Position numbers and translations under genes: made by a program
In this document: positions 54,339 through 64,000 of the stretch, piece after piece
How positions within the stretch are numbered: the first letter of the stretch is position 1
How the letters are laid out: every line of letters starts with the position of its first letter
Notes under the pieces: generated by a model
The model's input: the letters and a program-made list of their open reading frames with translations, nothing else
Told to the model about the DNA's origin: nothing
Databases searched by the model: none
NCBI GenBank assembly: GCA_964635025.1
Contig: CAZWMY010000004.1
Coordinates: 13,526 to 77,525 of the forward strand
From: an uncultured Desulfobacula sp.
GTDB taxonomy: Bacteria > Desulfobacterota > Desulfobacteria > Desulfobacterales > Desulfobacteraceae
DNA length: 64,000 nucleotides
Direction of reading: 5' to 3'

Positions 54339-54468
54339 CAGATAAAACAGTATTGTTAGAGGAATTCGCCATCAAAATTAAAAAAAAATAAAAACTTGTT
54401 GCTTTTTTTCATCAGGCATGAATATGATAAATCCGTGATAAAAAATAAAACTAAAGGATGACAAGAAT

Positions 54469-55116
54469 TTGAACAAAATAGACGAATTTTTAAAACGGGT
54501 TCTTGAGGCTACAGGAGTTGAATCCCAGTCAGAGCTTGCCAAAGAGCTGGACATCAACCGATCCGGCATCACCCATGCCCGAAATAACAATAAAATCCCG
54601 GATAAATGGATTGTAAAACTTTACCGGAAATACGGGCTTAATCCCAAATGGGTTGAAACCGGAGACGGCAATATCTTTGTTCATTCAAGTTCGGACCGGG
54701 AACCGGCATTCAAGCATATCCCCAAAGTGGCGGCAAGACTTTCCGCCGGCACCGGGTCTTTTGAATGTGAAGAAAGCGTCACCGATTATCTGTCTTTCCA
54801 GGCCAACTGGCTTTCCCGTAAGGGGTCAGCAGAGAATATGGTAGCCATGGAAGTTTTCGGGCAAAGCATGGAACCGGTAATTAAAGAAGGGGATACAGTA
54901 TTGATTGACCAGTCCCAGAAAAATATTATTGCCGGCGCCATTTATGCAGTGGGTGTGGAAGATACGATTTTGATCAAAAGACTTGAAAAACACCCTAATA
55001 AACTCGTGCTTTGCAGTGACAACAAGGATTATGAACCGATTTTTCTTGAAAAGGAAGATACGGAAAAGGTCAGGATTATCGGCAAAGTAATCTGGAGCTG
55101 CCGGGAATACAGGTAG
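54469..55116 (+). CDS. CI/LexA-like repressor: phage-CI-type HTH plus S24 peptidase domain
   Basis: TTG start. The HTH reads SQSELAKELDINRSGITHARNNNKIP. The S24 part reads FGQSMEPVIKEGDTVLIDQ...LIKRL (Ser/Lys dyad context). Confidence 0.75.
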   Translation: MNKIDEFLKRVLEATGVESQSELAKELDINRSGITHARNNNKIPDKWIVKLYRKYGLNPKWVETGDGNIFVHSSSDREPAFKHIPKVAARLSAGTGSFECEESVTDYLSFQANWLSRKGSAENMVAMEVFGQSMEPVIKEGDTVLIDQSQKNIIAGAIYAVGVEDTILIKRLEKHPNKLVLCSDNKDYEPIFLEKEDTEKVRIIGKVIWSCREYR

Positions 55117-55152
55117 TTTTTTTTTATTTTGTGTGTTTAGTTTTTTCAACAA

Positions 55153-55461
55153 ATGATGAAAATATTTAAAAAAAAGGAAACTATAATGCAACAGACAAAA
55201 ATGAACAGACGGGAAACAATCATAATGGGGATAAAAGGATTTTTCTGGGTGACGGGTTTGCTGATGGCTGGCAGCGACAGCAATTTCATGCCCTGGGGGA
55301 ATGGAATCGGGCTTCTTTTGTTTTCTGTTTCAAGCCTTTCATTGGGAAAGCAATCGTTTAATATCGCATCAAAAACCAGGACAGCCGGACGCCCTGGTTT
55401 TTACCGCAAAGCCTGTGAAAAGCGGCGATTTTCCCTGTTTGTACCGGCTACAAACCTTTAA
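55153..55461 (+). CDS. Small membrane protein (hypothetical)
   Basis: 102 aa with two hydrophobic segments. Coding status is uncertain. Confidence 0.3.
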   Translation: MMKIFKKKETIMQQTKMNRRETIIMGIKGFFWVTGLLMAGSDSNFMPWGNGIGLLLFSVSSLSLGKQSFNIASKTRTAGRPGFYRKACEKRRFSLFVPATNL

Positions 55462-55816
55462 TGCCGACAGGCTGTTTGACAACGGTTAAAAGCATTTTAA
55501 ACCGCGTGGAAGCAGAGACCGAATGGGGAACATTGGCAGGCATGACAACGGTTTGTCCTTTTGTCGCCTTGATTTTTTCTCCATTGATATTGATCAGCGC
55601 CTCACCATCCAGAACCAGGACCATGGCATCTCCAGGAGATGTATGGGCGCTGATTTCCTCATCCTTGTCAAAGGCAAAAAGAGTGATATTGACATGGGGT
55701 TTGGCGCAAAGGGTCCGGCTCACAACCCGGCCTTCCTCATAATCTACAAGCTCAACAATATCCACAGGAGCGGAAAAAGGGATATTTTTAATCAGCTGAT
55801 CTTTTTTTTCTTCCAT
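55448..55816 (-). CDS. Cupin-domain protein
   Basis: 122 aa reading EISAHTSPGDAMVLVLDGEA...VVMPANVPHSV. Confidence 0.75.
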   Translation of the reverse strand: MEEKKDQLIKNIPFSAPVDIVELVDYEEGRVVSRTLCAKPHVNITLFAFDKDEEISAHTSPGDAMVLVLDGEALININGEKIKATKGQTVVMPANVPHSVSASTRFKMLLTVVKQPVGIKGL

Positions 55817-55953
55817 GAGGCCCTCCTTAAAAATATTTCGTAAAATTTAATTGTTTTGCACCAATAGATGATGTAAAGTCAAGGATCATTTCCATTATCA
55901 AGCAGAAGAAATTATAATTTACCGGAGATTTTTTTTAAAAGCGGAGGCAAGCT

Positions 55954-56262
55954 ATGGGCATCAAAAAACAATATTTAAAAACAAAACCGGTCTGCAGGGT
56001 AACTTTTAGACTTTCAAAAGAGGAGTCATGTGATGCAAAAAGGGTTTTTCTGGTCGGCGAATTCAATAACTGGAATGAGGTTGAAACTCCAATGAAAGCA
56101 CTTAAAAAGGGAGGATTCAGCGTCACGCTTGATCTTGACGCAGGCAGGGAGTATCAATTCAGGTATTTTTTTGATCGTCTTTTCTGGGGCAATGACCCTG
56201 AAGCCGACAGATATGCGTACTCCACCTTTGGCAATTGTGAAAATTCCATTGTAACGCTGTAA
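55954..56262 (+). CDS. Stand-alone CBM48/isoamylase-N (early-set) glycogen-binding domain protein
   Basis: 102 aa reading VFLVGEFNNWNE...YQFRYFFD. Confidence 0.7.
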   Translation: MGIKKQYLKTKPVCRVTFRLSKEESCDAKRVFLVGEFNNWNEVETPMKALKKGGFSVTLDLDAGREYQFRYFFDRLFWGNDPEADRYAYSTFGNCENSIVTL

Positions 56263-56283
56263 CCACCAATAAAGGGGAAAAAT

Positions 56284-57276
56284 ATGATCAGTTATAAGGA
56301 CATCGGGCTTGTGAATACCCTCGCCATGCTAAAAAAGGCGGCAACAGGTGGTTATGCGGTTCCAGCCTATAATTTCAACAATATGGAACAGTTACAGGCC
56401 ATTATTCAGGCCTGCGTGGAAACAAAATCACCAGTTATTCTCCAGGTTTCTTCAGGGGCAAGAAAATATGCAAACCAGACTCTTTTGCGATATATGGCCC
56501 AGGGCGCTGTGGCCTATGCAAAAGAGCTTGGGTGTGAAATCCCCATTGCGCTCCATCTGGATCACGGCGATACGTTTGACTTGTGCAAAAATTGTATTGA
56601 AATGGGATTTTCTTCGGTCATGATCGACGGGTCCCATCATCCTTATGAACACAATATTGAACTTACGGCCAGGGTGGTTGAATTTGCCCATCAATATGAC
56701 GTCACTGTGGAAGGGGAGCTGGGTGTTCTGGCAGGGGTTGAAGATGAGGTCAGTTCTGAAAAATCCAGCTATACAAACCCTGATGAGGTAGAAGATTTTG
56801 TAAAGCGAACCAATGTGGATTCCCTTGCCATATCCATTGGGACTTCCCATGGTGCCAATAAATTTACCCCCAAACAATGCAAAAGAAATGAAAAAGGAGT
56901 TTTGGTTCCGCCTCCGTTACGATTTGATATTTTAAAAGAAGTAGAAAACCGTCTGAAAGGGTTTCCCATTGTCCTCCACGGTTCTTCTTCCGTTCCGGAG
57001 GAAGAGGTTCAAACCATTAATAAATACGGCGGCAAACTTGAAAACACCGTTGGTATTCCTGAAGAACAGTTAAGAGAGGCAGCAGCTCTTTCCGTCAGCA
57101 AGATCAATATTGATTCCGACGGCAGGCTTGCCATGACCGCTGCGATCCGCAAAGTCTTTTTTGAATCTCCCGGGGAATTTGATCCCAGAAAATATCTGGG
57201 ACCGGCCAGGGATTCCTTAAAAAAGCTTTATATCCACAAAATCAATCATGTTCTGGGTTCTGCCGGCAAGGCTTAA
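56284..57276 (+). CDS. fba: Class II fructose-1,6-bisphosphate aldolase
   Basis: It reads PAYNFNNMEQLQAI, PVILQVS, HLDHG and GTSHG. Confidence 0.9.
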   Translation: MISYKDIGLVNTLAMLKKAATGGYAVPAYNFNNMEQLQAIIQACVETKSPVILQVSSGARKYANQTLLRYMAQGAVAYAKELGCEIPIALHLDHGDTFDLCKNCIEMGFSSVMIDGSHHPYEHNIELTARVVEFAHQYDVTVEGELGVLAGVEDEVSSEKSSYTNPDEVEDFVKRTNVDSLAISIGTSHGANKFTPKQCKRNEKGVLVPPPLRFDILKEVENRLKGFPIVLHGSSSVPEEEVQTINKYGGKLENTVGIPEEQLREAAALSVSKINIDSDGRLAMTAAIRKVFFESPGEFDPRKYLGPARDSLKKLYIHKINHVLGSAGKA

Positions 57277-57297
57277 TCTATTCCCTGGGAGGGCATT

Positions 57298-59772
57298 ATG
57301 CTGGATCAAAACCGTGTTCCTGAAGAAAACAATGAATGTTCAGGATCTGAAATCGATAGGCTGAAACAGGAAATTTTTTATAATATCCGGTTCAATCTCG
57401 GATTAGATCCTGCTGAGATGAACCGCTATACCTGTTATATGGGACTTGCCTTCAGCCTAAAAAACCGACTGATCAATCACTGGATCAAAACTCAGAAAGC
57501 ATGCAGAGACAATCTGTCCAAGCGGATTTTTTATCTTTCACTTGAATTCTTGCCCGGCAGGTTTTTAAAAAATTATATTGTTTCGCTGGGTATGGAAGAC
57601 ATTATCCGCAATGTTCTTTCCGAACTGGGATTTGATCTGGATTCCATAGAAGAAGAAGAATGGGATGCCGGACTTGGGAACGGCGGGCTAGGGCGTCTGG
57701 CTTCCTGTTATATGGATTCCATTGCACGGTTAAGGCTTCCGGGATATGGATATGGCATCCGCTATGATTTTGGAATTTTTTACCAGGTATTAAAAGACGG
57801 GTATCAGCAGGAAAAAAGCGATAACTGGATGCGAAGGGGTAATCCCTGGGAAATCATGCGGTTTGAAAATATTTATAAGGTCGGATTTTACGGTCATTCA
57901 GAGGCTTACACAGATATCCTGGGGAACCAGAGATTTCGTCTCATTGATACCCAGGATGTCATGGCGCTGGCCTGTGATATGATGGTGCCGGGGGTGGGTG
58001 ATGAATTTGTAACCAATATGCGCCTTTGGACAGCCACATCCAGCCGGGAGTTTGACCTTGACTTCTTTAACAGGGGCGACTATATCCGGGCCGCAGAAGA
58101 CAAAGTATTGAGCGAATCCATTTCCAAGGTTCTTTACCCCAGCGATGAAAGTGACAAGGGAAAAGAATTGCGGCTTAAACAGCAGTATTTTTTTGTATCG
58201 GCAACTCTCCAGGACATTCTCTTTCAATATAAAAAAGAATACCAGACCTTTGATGCATTTTCCGACTGGGCCGCCATCCAGCTCAATGACACCCATCCCA
58301 CCATTGCCATACCGGAACTCATGCGCCTTTTAATGGACGAACACGGCCTTTCCTGGTATGAATCCTGGTCCATCTGCGGGAAAACCTTTGCCTATACCAA
58401 CCATACCGTCTTGCCCGAAGCACTTGAAACATGGTCTCTGTCGTTATTGAGCAGGCTTTTACCCCGGCATATGGAAATTATCTATGAAATCAATCAGAGG
58501 TTTTTGGATGACCTTAAAATAAATTATCCGGATGATCCGAACCTGTATGCAAGATTGTCGATTATCCAGGAAGGCTATGAAAAAAAGATACGCATGGCCC
58601 ATCTGGCCATCATCGGCAGCCATTCGGTCAATGGCGTGGCTGCCCTGCATTCTCATATTTTGAAAACCAGTCTTTTCAAGGAATTTGACCGGGTTTATCC
58701 CGGAAGAATAAGGAATGTCACCAACGGGATTACGCCGAGACGGTGGCTGCACCAGTCAAACCCGGGTCTTTCAAGCCTTATCACCTCTGTCATCGGTCCT
58801 GAATGGGTGTCGGATCTTTCTCTTTTAAAAAATCTTATTGCCTATGCCGATGATCCTTTGTTCCAAACAAAATGGCAGAAAGTGAAATTTGAAAATAAAA
58901 AAAGACTTGCCCGGTATACCTTGAGAAAAACAGGGAAGGGGGTCAACCCGAACACCCTGTTCGACATCCATGCCAAGCGCATGCACGAATACAAACGCCA
59001 GCTTCTCAATGTCCTTCATGTGATCTGCCTTTACAATAAAATCAGGGAAGACAACGGCAGTGTCGATATCAGCCGCAGTTTTTTCTTTGCCGGAAAGGCA
59101 GCCCCGGCTTATTTGCAGGCAAAGCTGATCATCAAACTCATCACATCCGTATCAGAAACCATAAATAAAGACCCTTTGGTTAAGGGAAAGCTCAGCGTTA
59201 TTTTCCTGCCCAATTACTGTATCTCTCAGGCGGAAAAACTCATCCCGGCCGCCGATATTTCCGAACAGATTTCCACAGCCGGTTTAGAGGCATCCGGAAC
59301 AGGCAATATGAAATTTGCCCTGAACGGGGCATTGACCATAGGAACACTCGATGGGGCCAATGTGGAAATTATGGAAGAAGTGGGGAAAGAAAATATATTT
59401 ATTTTCGGGTTAACGGCAGATGAGGTTGTCAAAAAAAAGCAGGAAGGGTATAACCCGGGGCAATATTATGAAAGCAATAAAGAAATAAAGAAAATTTTGG
59501 ATATGATTGGATCGGGATATTTTTCACCAGAGAATCCAGGACTATTTCAACCCATTGTCCATTCCCTTCTGGATGGCGGGGATTATTACCTGGTTCTGGC
59601 GGATTTTGAAAATTATGCAGCAACCCAGGAAACCGTTGCAAAAACTTATAAAGATCAGGGCCGATGGACCCGGATGTCAATCCTGAATACCGCCAATATG
59701 GGAAAGTTTTCAAGCGACCGGGCGGTTCAGGAATATGCAGCCCAAATCTGGGGCGCCACACCGCTTCCCTAA
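57298..59772 (+). CDS. glgP: Glycogen/maltodextrin phosphorylase
   Basis: 824 aa. The PLP-Lys signature reads EASGTGNMKFALNGALTIGTLDGANVE. Confidence 0.95.
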   Translation: MLDQNRVPEENNECSGSEIDRLKQEIFYNIRFNLGLDPAEMNRYTCYMGLAFSLKNRLINHWIKTQKACRDNLSKRIFYLSLEFLPGRFLKNYIVSLGMEDIIRNVLSELGFDLDSIEEEEWDAGLGNGGLGRLASCYMDSIARLRLPGYGYGIRYDFGIFYQVLKDGYQQEKSDNWMRRGNPWEIMRFENIYKVGFYGHSEAYTDILGNQRFRLIDTQDVMALACDMMVPGVGDEFVTNMRLWTATSSREFDLDFFNRGDYIRAAEDKVLSESISKVLYPSDESDKGKELRLKQQYFFVSATLQDILFQYKKEYQTFDAFSDWAAIQLNDTHPTIAIPELMRLLMDEHGLSWYESWSICGKTFAYTNHTVLPEALETWSLSLLSRLLPRHMEIIYEINQRFLDDLKINYPDDPNLYARLSIIQEGYEKKIRMAHLAIIGSHSVNGVAALHSHILKTSLFKEFDRVYPGRIRNVTNGITPRRWLHQSNPGLSSLITSVIGPEWVSDLSLLKNLIAYADDPLFQTKWQKVKFENKKRLARYTLRKTGKGVNPNTLFDIHAKRMHEYKRQLLNVLHVICLYNKIREDNGSVDISRSFFFAGKAAPAYLQAKLIIKLITSVSETINKDPLVKGKLSVIFLPNYCISQAEKLIPAADISEQISTAGLEASGTGNMKFALNGALTIGTLDGANVEIMEEVGKENIFIFGLTADEVVKKKQEGYNPGQYYESNKEIKKILDMIGSGYFSPENPGLFQPIVHSLLDGGDYYLVLADFENYAATQETVAKTYKDQGRWTRMSILNTANMGKFSSDRAVQEYAAQIWGATPLP

Positions 59773-59798
59773 ATAATCTGAATATCAGCGGAGGATAA

Positions 59799-61061
59799 AT
59801 GAACACTGAAATGGGTGATACCCGGCAAAGCCCGGTTAGATTTGCAAGACTTCCCATATTTGATATTAAAAAAAATCTCTGGGGATATGAACTGATTTAC
59901 CTGTCTGCCGGGGAAGATAAACCCATCAGCCCTGAAGCAGGGGAAGGCCTTACGGCAGATCTCATGTCCGGAACGGCCCTTGCGCTTGATCAGATCATAG
60001 ACAGCAAAAAAAAGATCATGATCGGGTTTTCCAGCAAAAACATCCTGAAAAATCTTCCCTATGCCCTTCCACCGGGACGTACGGTTGTTAAATTGTCAAA
60101 CCCGGAAGGGATGCATGATTCAATTATTGCACTGCTCGGAAAACTAAAAAAAGACGGATATCAGATAACAGTTCCATGGGTAAAAAACCACACAGCCTGC
60201 AAAGCGGTTTATGATCTTGCCGATATGATCTGTCTTGACATTTCTTCTTTGGTTTTGCCGGAACTCCTGGATATCTGTCATTCGGCAGCCCCTTACAAGA
60301 CAGGAATTCTTGCCGACCAGGTCAATCATCAGTCCGGGTTTGATGTCTGCTGCAAGGCCGGGTTTTCCTTTTTCAAAGGGTCTTTTTTTAAAAAGCAGGA
60401 AGATGTATCAATCAAAAAAGTATTATCCGGAACCATTTCAAGGTTTGAACTCATGAAAGCCATTGAAACCTCAGACCCTGATTTTTCAGAACTTGCAGCT
60501 ATCATCCAGGCGGATGTGACCATCAGCTTTAAGCTGCTGGCCTATCTGAATTCGGCTTCTTTCGGTTTCAGAAGAAAAATTGACACCATCAAGGATGCCA
60601 TTACCATGCTGGGCTGGCATAATCTGAAGAACTGGCTCAGGGTTGTCCTTTTGTCCGAAGTGTCGGAAAACCGGCATGCATCGGAACTGGCCTTTCTTTC
60701 CGCACAAAGGGGGAAATTTCTGGAACAGGTGGTCCGGTCCCATGATTTCTGGGGATTTGATCCGGATTCGCTTTTTCTTTTAGGGATGTTCTCTCTTTTG
60801 GATGTTCTTTTGAACCAGCCCATGACTGAGATTTTAAAATATCTTCCCCTGGCCGACAAACTCAAAGGCGCTCTTTTGATGCAGGAAAACAATGAATATG
60901 TCCCGCTTCTGAAATTGGCCCGGTATCTGGAGGAAGCCGCATTTGAGCGGACGGAAACCATGATAGGCCAACTCGGCCTGGATACGGCAAAAGTAAAAGA
61001 GGCCTATTGCGAGGCCATCGATTGGGCCAATAAGCTGAGCGAGATGCAGTTGAAAAGATAA
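59799..61061 (+). CDS. EAL-like plus HDOD domain signalling protein
   Basis: 420 aa. The N-terminal part (ARLPIFDIKKNLWGYELIY) has the degenerate-EAL pattern. The C-terminal HDOD reads ITMLGWHNLKNWL. Confidence 0.7.
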   Translation: MNTEMGDTRQSPVRFARLPIFDIKKNLWGYELIYLSAGEDKPISPEAGEGLTADLMSGTALALDQIIDSKKKIMIGFSSKNILKNLPYALPPGRTVVKLSNPEGMHDSIIALLGKLKKDGYQITVPWVKNHTACKAVYDLADMICLDISSLVLPELLDICHSAAPYKTGILADQVNHQSGFDVCCKAGFSFFKGSFFKKQEDVSIKKVLSGTISRFELMKAIETSDPDFSELAAIIQADVTISFKLLAYLNSASFGFRRKIDTIKDAITMLGWHNLKNWLRVVLLSEVSENRHASELAFLSAQRGKFLEQVVRSHDFWGFDPDSLFLLGMFSLLDVLLNQPMTEILKYLPLADKLKGALLMQENNEYVPLLKLARYLEEAAFERTETMIGQLGLDTAKVKEAYCEAIDWANKLSEMQLKR

Positions 61062-61123
61062 TGACCGGGATTTTCTTGAGTCTTCCCTGGGCGTGATAAC
61101 GCAAAACTTCTTAGAGCGGATAA

Positions 61124-62002
61124 ATGACGGCAAAGCAATTGACTTCTCATAAAAGGATCAACCAGTGGTTTTCCGAGACCTCGGACATGTGGCCCGGGCT
61201 TGCACTTTCCATTGAAATCGAAAAACCGCTTTTTTCAAAAAAAAGCGGTTTCCAGCAGATTGATCTCTACGAAACAAAACACCATGGAAGGATGCTGGTT
61301 CTGGACGGCATTATTCAGCTTACGGATTTTGATGAATTTGCCTACCAGGAAATGCTGGCACACATTCCTTTGTTTGCCCACCCCTTACCTGAAAAAGTGC
61401 TTGTCATCGGAGGAGGGGACGGCGGAATTTTAAGGGAAGTTACAAAACATGACTCGGTTTTGTCCATTGATATCTGTGAAATTGATGAAAAGGTGATAGA
61501 GGTGTCAAGAGAATTTTTACCCGGAATGAGCATTGGATTTGATGATCCAAGGGTCAGCATCCATATTGCTGACGGCAGCGAATTTGTCCGGCATCACCCT
61601 TTGGAATATGATGTCATCATTGTCGATTCTTCCGATCCGGTGGGACCGGGCGAAATTCTGTTTGAAAAAGATTTTTATGCACACGGCAAAAAAGCCCTCA
61701 GGGCAAACGGACTCATGGCAGTTCAGGCAGAATCTTTTTTTCTTCATCCGGATGAAGTGCAGAAAATTGTCAAAAACATGAAGGCCTTGTACAGGCATCT
61801 CGGATATGCCTATTCACTGATCCCAACCTTTACGGGCGGCCATGTGGGCATCTGTATCGGTTCTGACGGATCTGATCCGTCACAGCCGTCCAGACCGGTT
61901 TCAAAATCATTCCAGGCAGGCCTGAAATATTACAACCCAGAAATTCATGAAGCTGCTTTTGTGTTGCCGAGGTTTGCACAAAGACTGATTAAGGAAGCTT
62001 AG
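61124..62002 (+). CDS. speE: Spermidine synthase (polyamine aminopropyltransferase)
   Basis: It reads GRMLVLDGIIQLTDFDEFAYQEMLAH, VLVIGGGDGGILREV and IIVDSSDPVGP. Confidence 0.9.
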   Translation: MTAKQLTSHKRINQWFSETSDMWPGLALSIEIEKPLFSKKSGFQQIDLYETKHHGRMLVLDGIIQLTDFDEFAYQEMLAHIPLFAHPLPEKVLVIGGGDGGILREVTKHDSVLSIDICEIDEKVIEVSREFLPGMSIGFDDPRVSIHIADGSEFVRHHPLEYDVIIVDSSDPVGPGEILFEKDFYAHGKKALRANGLMAVQAESFFLHPDEVQKIVKNMKALYRHLGYAYSLIPTFTGGHVGICIGSDGSDPSQPSRPVSKSFQAGLKYYNPEIHEAAFVLPRFAQRLIKEA

Positions 62003-62189
62003 AATTGAGAGCTTTTCCTTGAACCATTAGGTTAACCGCTAAAGGGGCTGCCAGAGTGCCAGGGGTTTGTGGAATCAAAGTCAAAGCATTTGCGTGAAGA
62101 GTATTAACAAAAGATGCGGATTGATATGTATTAAGATAAGTATTATAGTTGACATATAATTAGATATATATCACAGAGAGGTAATAATC

Positions 62190-62420
62190 ATGCAAACTGC
62201 AAAATTATTTCAAACCGGCCGCAGCCAGGCGGTCCGTTTACCAAAAGAGTTCAGATTTAAAGGCAAAGAAGTCTATATTAAAAAAATAGGATCAGATGTT
62301 ATTTTATCAAGCAAACCAGATTCATGGATAGATTTTTTCTTTTCCGATGAAAAAGCGTCTCCTGATTTTATGACAGACATGCAAGACTTGGATTTAGAGG
62401 AAAGGGATATTTTTGGATGA
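62190..62420 (+). CDS. vapB: VapB-type (AbrB/SpoVT fold) antitoxin
   Basis: It reads [23 protein letters not shown]. The stop overlaps the vapC start. Confidence 0.85.
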   Translation: MQTAKLFQTGRSQAVRLPKEFRFKGKEVYIKKIGSDVILSSKPDSWIDFFFSDEKASPDFMTDMQDLDLEERDIFG

Positions 62421-62818
62421 TTCACTATATGCTTGATACGGATATTTGCAGCTATATTATCCGGGAAAAACCAATAAAGGTTTTCAAGCGGTTTGAAGCC
62501 TTGGATATGGAGCAGCTTTGCATATCCGTAGTCACTTATGCAGAATTGATCTATGGAGTTGAACATTCTTCATCAAAAAAAATAAACAGAGTCATTGTAA
62601 ATGATTTTGTCAATCATCTGAATATAATTGAATGGGACAGATCGGCAGCTGAGCACTATGGAAAAATCAGGGCATCCCTTCAAGCCGCAGGCAACATCAT
62701 AGGTGCAATGGATATGATGATTGCTGCCCATGCCGTAAGTCAACAAATGACACTGGTTACGAATAATGAAAAACATTTTAAAAGAGTCCCATCGCTTAAT
62801 ATTGAGAATTGGATATAA
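62417..62818 (+). CDS. vapC: VapC PIN-domain ribonuclease toxin
   Basis: It reads [12 protein letters not shown], with DMMIAAHA and TNNEKHF acidic/PIN motifs. Confidence 0.85.
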   Translation: MIHYMLDTDICSYIIREKPIKVFKRFEALDMEQLCISVVTYAELIYGVEHSSSKKINRVIVNDFVNHLNIIEWDRSAAEHYGKIRASLQAAGNIIGAMDMMIAAHAVSQQMTLVTNNEKHFKRVPSLNIENWI

Positions 62819-62833
62819 AAAACGATTGTGATT

Positions 62834-63931
62834 TCAAGAGGGCTCTTGCTGGGTAATGCAATGAATATTGCCGCCGCCCAGGAGAATTTCTCTTGTTTCA
62901 ACCGGGATGATTTTTCTGTCCGGAAAAACCGACTGGACGATGGCAACGGCCTCATCATCATGGGGATCATTAAACAAAGGCATGACAATGCCGGTGTTAG
63001 CGATATATAAATTGACATAGGAGGCGGCCAGCCGCCTACCTTTTTTTCTGATCATGCCATGGCTGTTTTTTTCTATGCTTTTGCTTTCTTCTTCCGACAT
63101 AAATAAAGGGCCGGGCTGGTGAAGCTTATGGATGGTAAGCAATCTTCCCCTGGCATCCCGTGCGGAGGACAACCTTTTTAAAGCATCCTTCGAGATTTCA
63201 TACTGGGGGTCGGTGGGATCGTCGGTCCAGTGAAGCAGAACTTCACCGGGCTTTATGAAACAGCACAGGTTATCCACATGGCCGCCGGTTTCATCCATAT
63301 AAACCCCTTGCCCGAGCCAGATGATGGTGTCAACGGAAAGATAATTTTTCAGGATGGATTCTATGTTTTCTTTTGACAGGGAAGGGTTCCGGTTGGGGTT
63401 GAGCAGGCATTGTTCCGTTGTCAGAAGGGTTCCCTCCCCGTCTGTGTGGATGGCGCCGCCTTCAAGAATCATGGGGGCTTTGTAGCCGTTGATGCGGCCG
63501 GTTTCCATGACGGTCCGGGCGATTTTTTCATCCTTGTCCCAGGGAAAATACAAACCGCCGTTCAGTCCGCCCCAGGCATTAAACCCCCAGTCAATTCCCC
63601 GGACTTCTCCCTGACGGTTTTTTACAAAACTAGGGCCGACATCGCGCATCCAGGCATCATCAGCCTCCATTTCCACAAGGGTGACGGATGAAACAGAAGA
63701 CAGGAGTTCTGCAGCATTGTCATATTCTTTTTTTGAAACCCCCATCATGACAGGTTCAAACCGGGCAATAGCCTTTGCAACCAGTGCAAAGGCTATTTTT
63801 GCAGGCACGGCGTTTTGCCGCCAATTGTCTTTTCTTTCCGGCCAGAGCATCCAGCATCGGGAATGGGCCTCAAATTCTCCGGGCATGAAAAAGCCGTCTT
63901 GCCGGGGGCTTGTGTCAAAAATCTGGATCAA
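62834..63931 (-). CDS. aguA: Agmatine deiminase
   Basis: 365 aa. The C-terminal catalytic Cys motif reads GGGNIHCITQQEP. The TTG start overlaps the upstream stop (TTGA). Confidence 0.9.
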   Translation of the reverse strand: MIQIFDTSPRQDGFFMPGEFEAHSRCWMLWPERKDNWRQNAVPAKIAFALVAKAIARFEPVMMGVSKKEYDNAAELLSSVSSVTLVEMEADDAWMRDVGPSFVKNRQGEVRGIDWGFNAWGGLNGGLYFPWDKDEKIARTVMETGRINGYKAPMILEGGAIHTDGEGTLLTTEQCLLNPNRNPSLSKENIESILKNYLSVDTIIWLGQGVYMDETGGHVDNLCCFIKPGEVLLHWTDDPTDPQYEISKDALKRLSSARDARGRLLTIHKLHQPGPLFMSEEESKSIEKNSHGMIRKKGRRLAASYVNLYIANTGIVMPLFNDPHDDEAVAIVQSVFPDRKIIPVETREILLGGGNIHCITQQEPS

Positions 63932-64000
63932 TGGGATTTAACCCTTGTCCATGCCTGGTCCACAATTTTGTTGTTTTTCCCGAGATCTTTTACAAAATAA
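63928..64000 (-). CDS. 3' end (last ~23 codons) of an upstream ORF running off the window end; identity not determinable
   Basis: The minus strand reads ...FVKDLGKNNKIVDQAWTRVKSH-TGA. The position would suit a polyamine-pathway partner of aguA, but I cannot verify this. Confidence 0.3.
   Translation of the reverse strand, partial: YFVKDLGKNNKIVDQAWTRVKSH

Noticed and set aside
62120-62159. Sigma70-like promoter elements upstream of vapB (TTGATA-17-TATAGT, and a TATAAT at 62154..62159).
   Set aside because: They are plausible, but several alternative -35/-10 pairings exist in this AT-rich stretch. I could not choose one with confidence, so I list none as a feature.
1-64000. CRISPR arrays, rRNA/tRNA genes, IS elements and prophage blocks.
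   Set aside because: On reading both strands I saw no regularly spaced short direct repeats, no tRNA-like T-arm/acceptor patterns, and no transposase or integrase-like translations in the ORF track. The only phage-like gene is the isolated CI/S24 repressor at 54469..55116.

Overview
This is a 64-kb chromosomal segment. Its gene content suggests an anaerobic, sulfate-reducer-like (Desulfobacterales-type) deltaproteobacterium, but that is inference only. About two thirds of the window (1..33 kb and 35.6..53.6 kb) is a molybdenum/tungsten-enzyme neighbourhood. It holds two selenocysteine formate dehydrogenase alpha subunits, each with an in-frame TGA followed by a SECIS-like hairpin. It also holds an FmdE-like gene broken by an in-frame TAA, mobB, a MopB-family oxidoreductase, and a three-subunit xanthine-dehydrogenase-family enzyme. 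That enzyme is flanked by MocA-HD, MoCF-binding and ThiS/ThiF accessory genes and by a ModE-type regulator that lacks Mop domains. A 24-bp ModE-box-like palindrome recurs in front of three of these operons. Interleaved with the Mo/W genes are two TonB-dependent receptors, one ExbB-ExbD-TonB set and three paralogous FecBCD/BtuFCD-type ABC importers. Each importer is coupled to unusual cytoplasmic partners: two DUF364 proteins, a radical-SAM::binding-protein fusion, a TiaS-N-like protein and an MA-clan metallopeptidase. No siderophore synthesis genes and no B12 riboswitch are visible. This importer set is my best candidate for an undescribed chelate uptake-and-processing system. The remainder is ordinary or accessory: a 2.6-kb segment flanked by ~57-bp direct repeats, a small AT-rich region with two secreted proteins, a cNMP-binding protein plus hybrid histidine kinase, an MNT remnant, a CI/S24 repressor, fba-glgP, an EAL-HDOD protein, speE, vapBC and aguA. 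I recognised no rRNA, tRNA, CRISPR array, transposase or integrase. All calls come from reading the translations and sequence by eye; no database search was possible.
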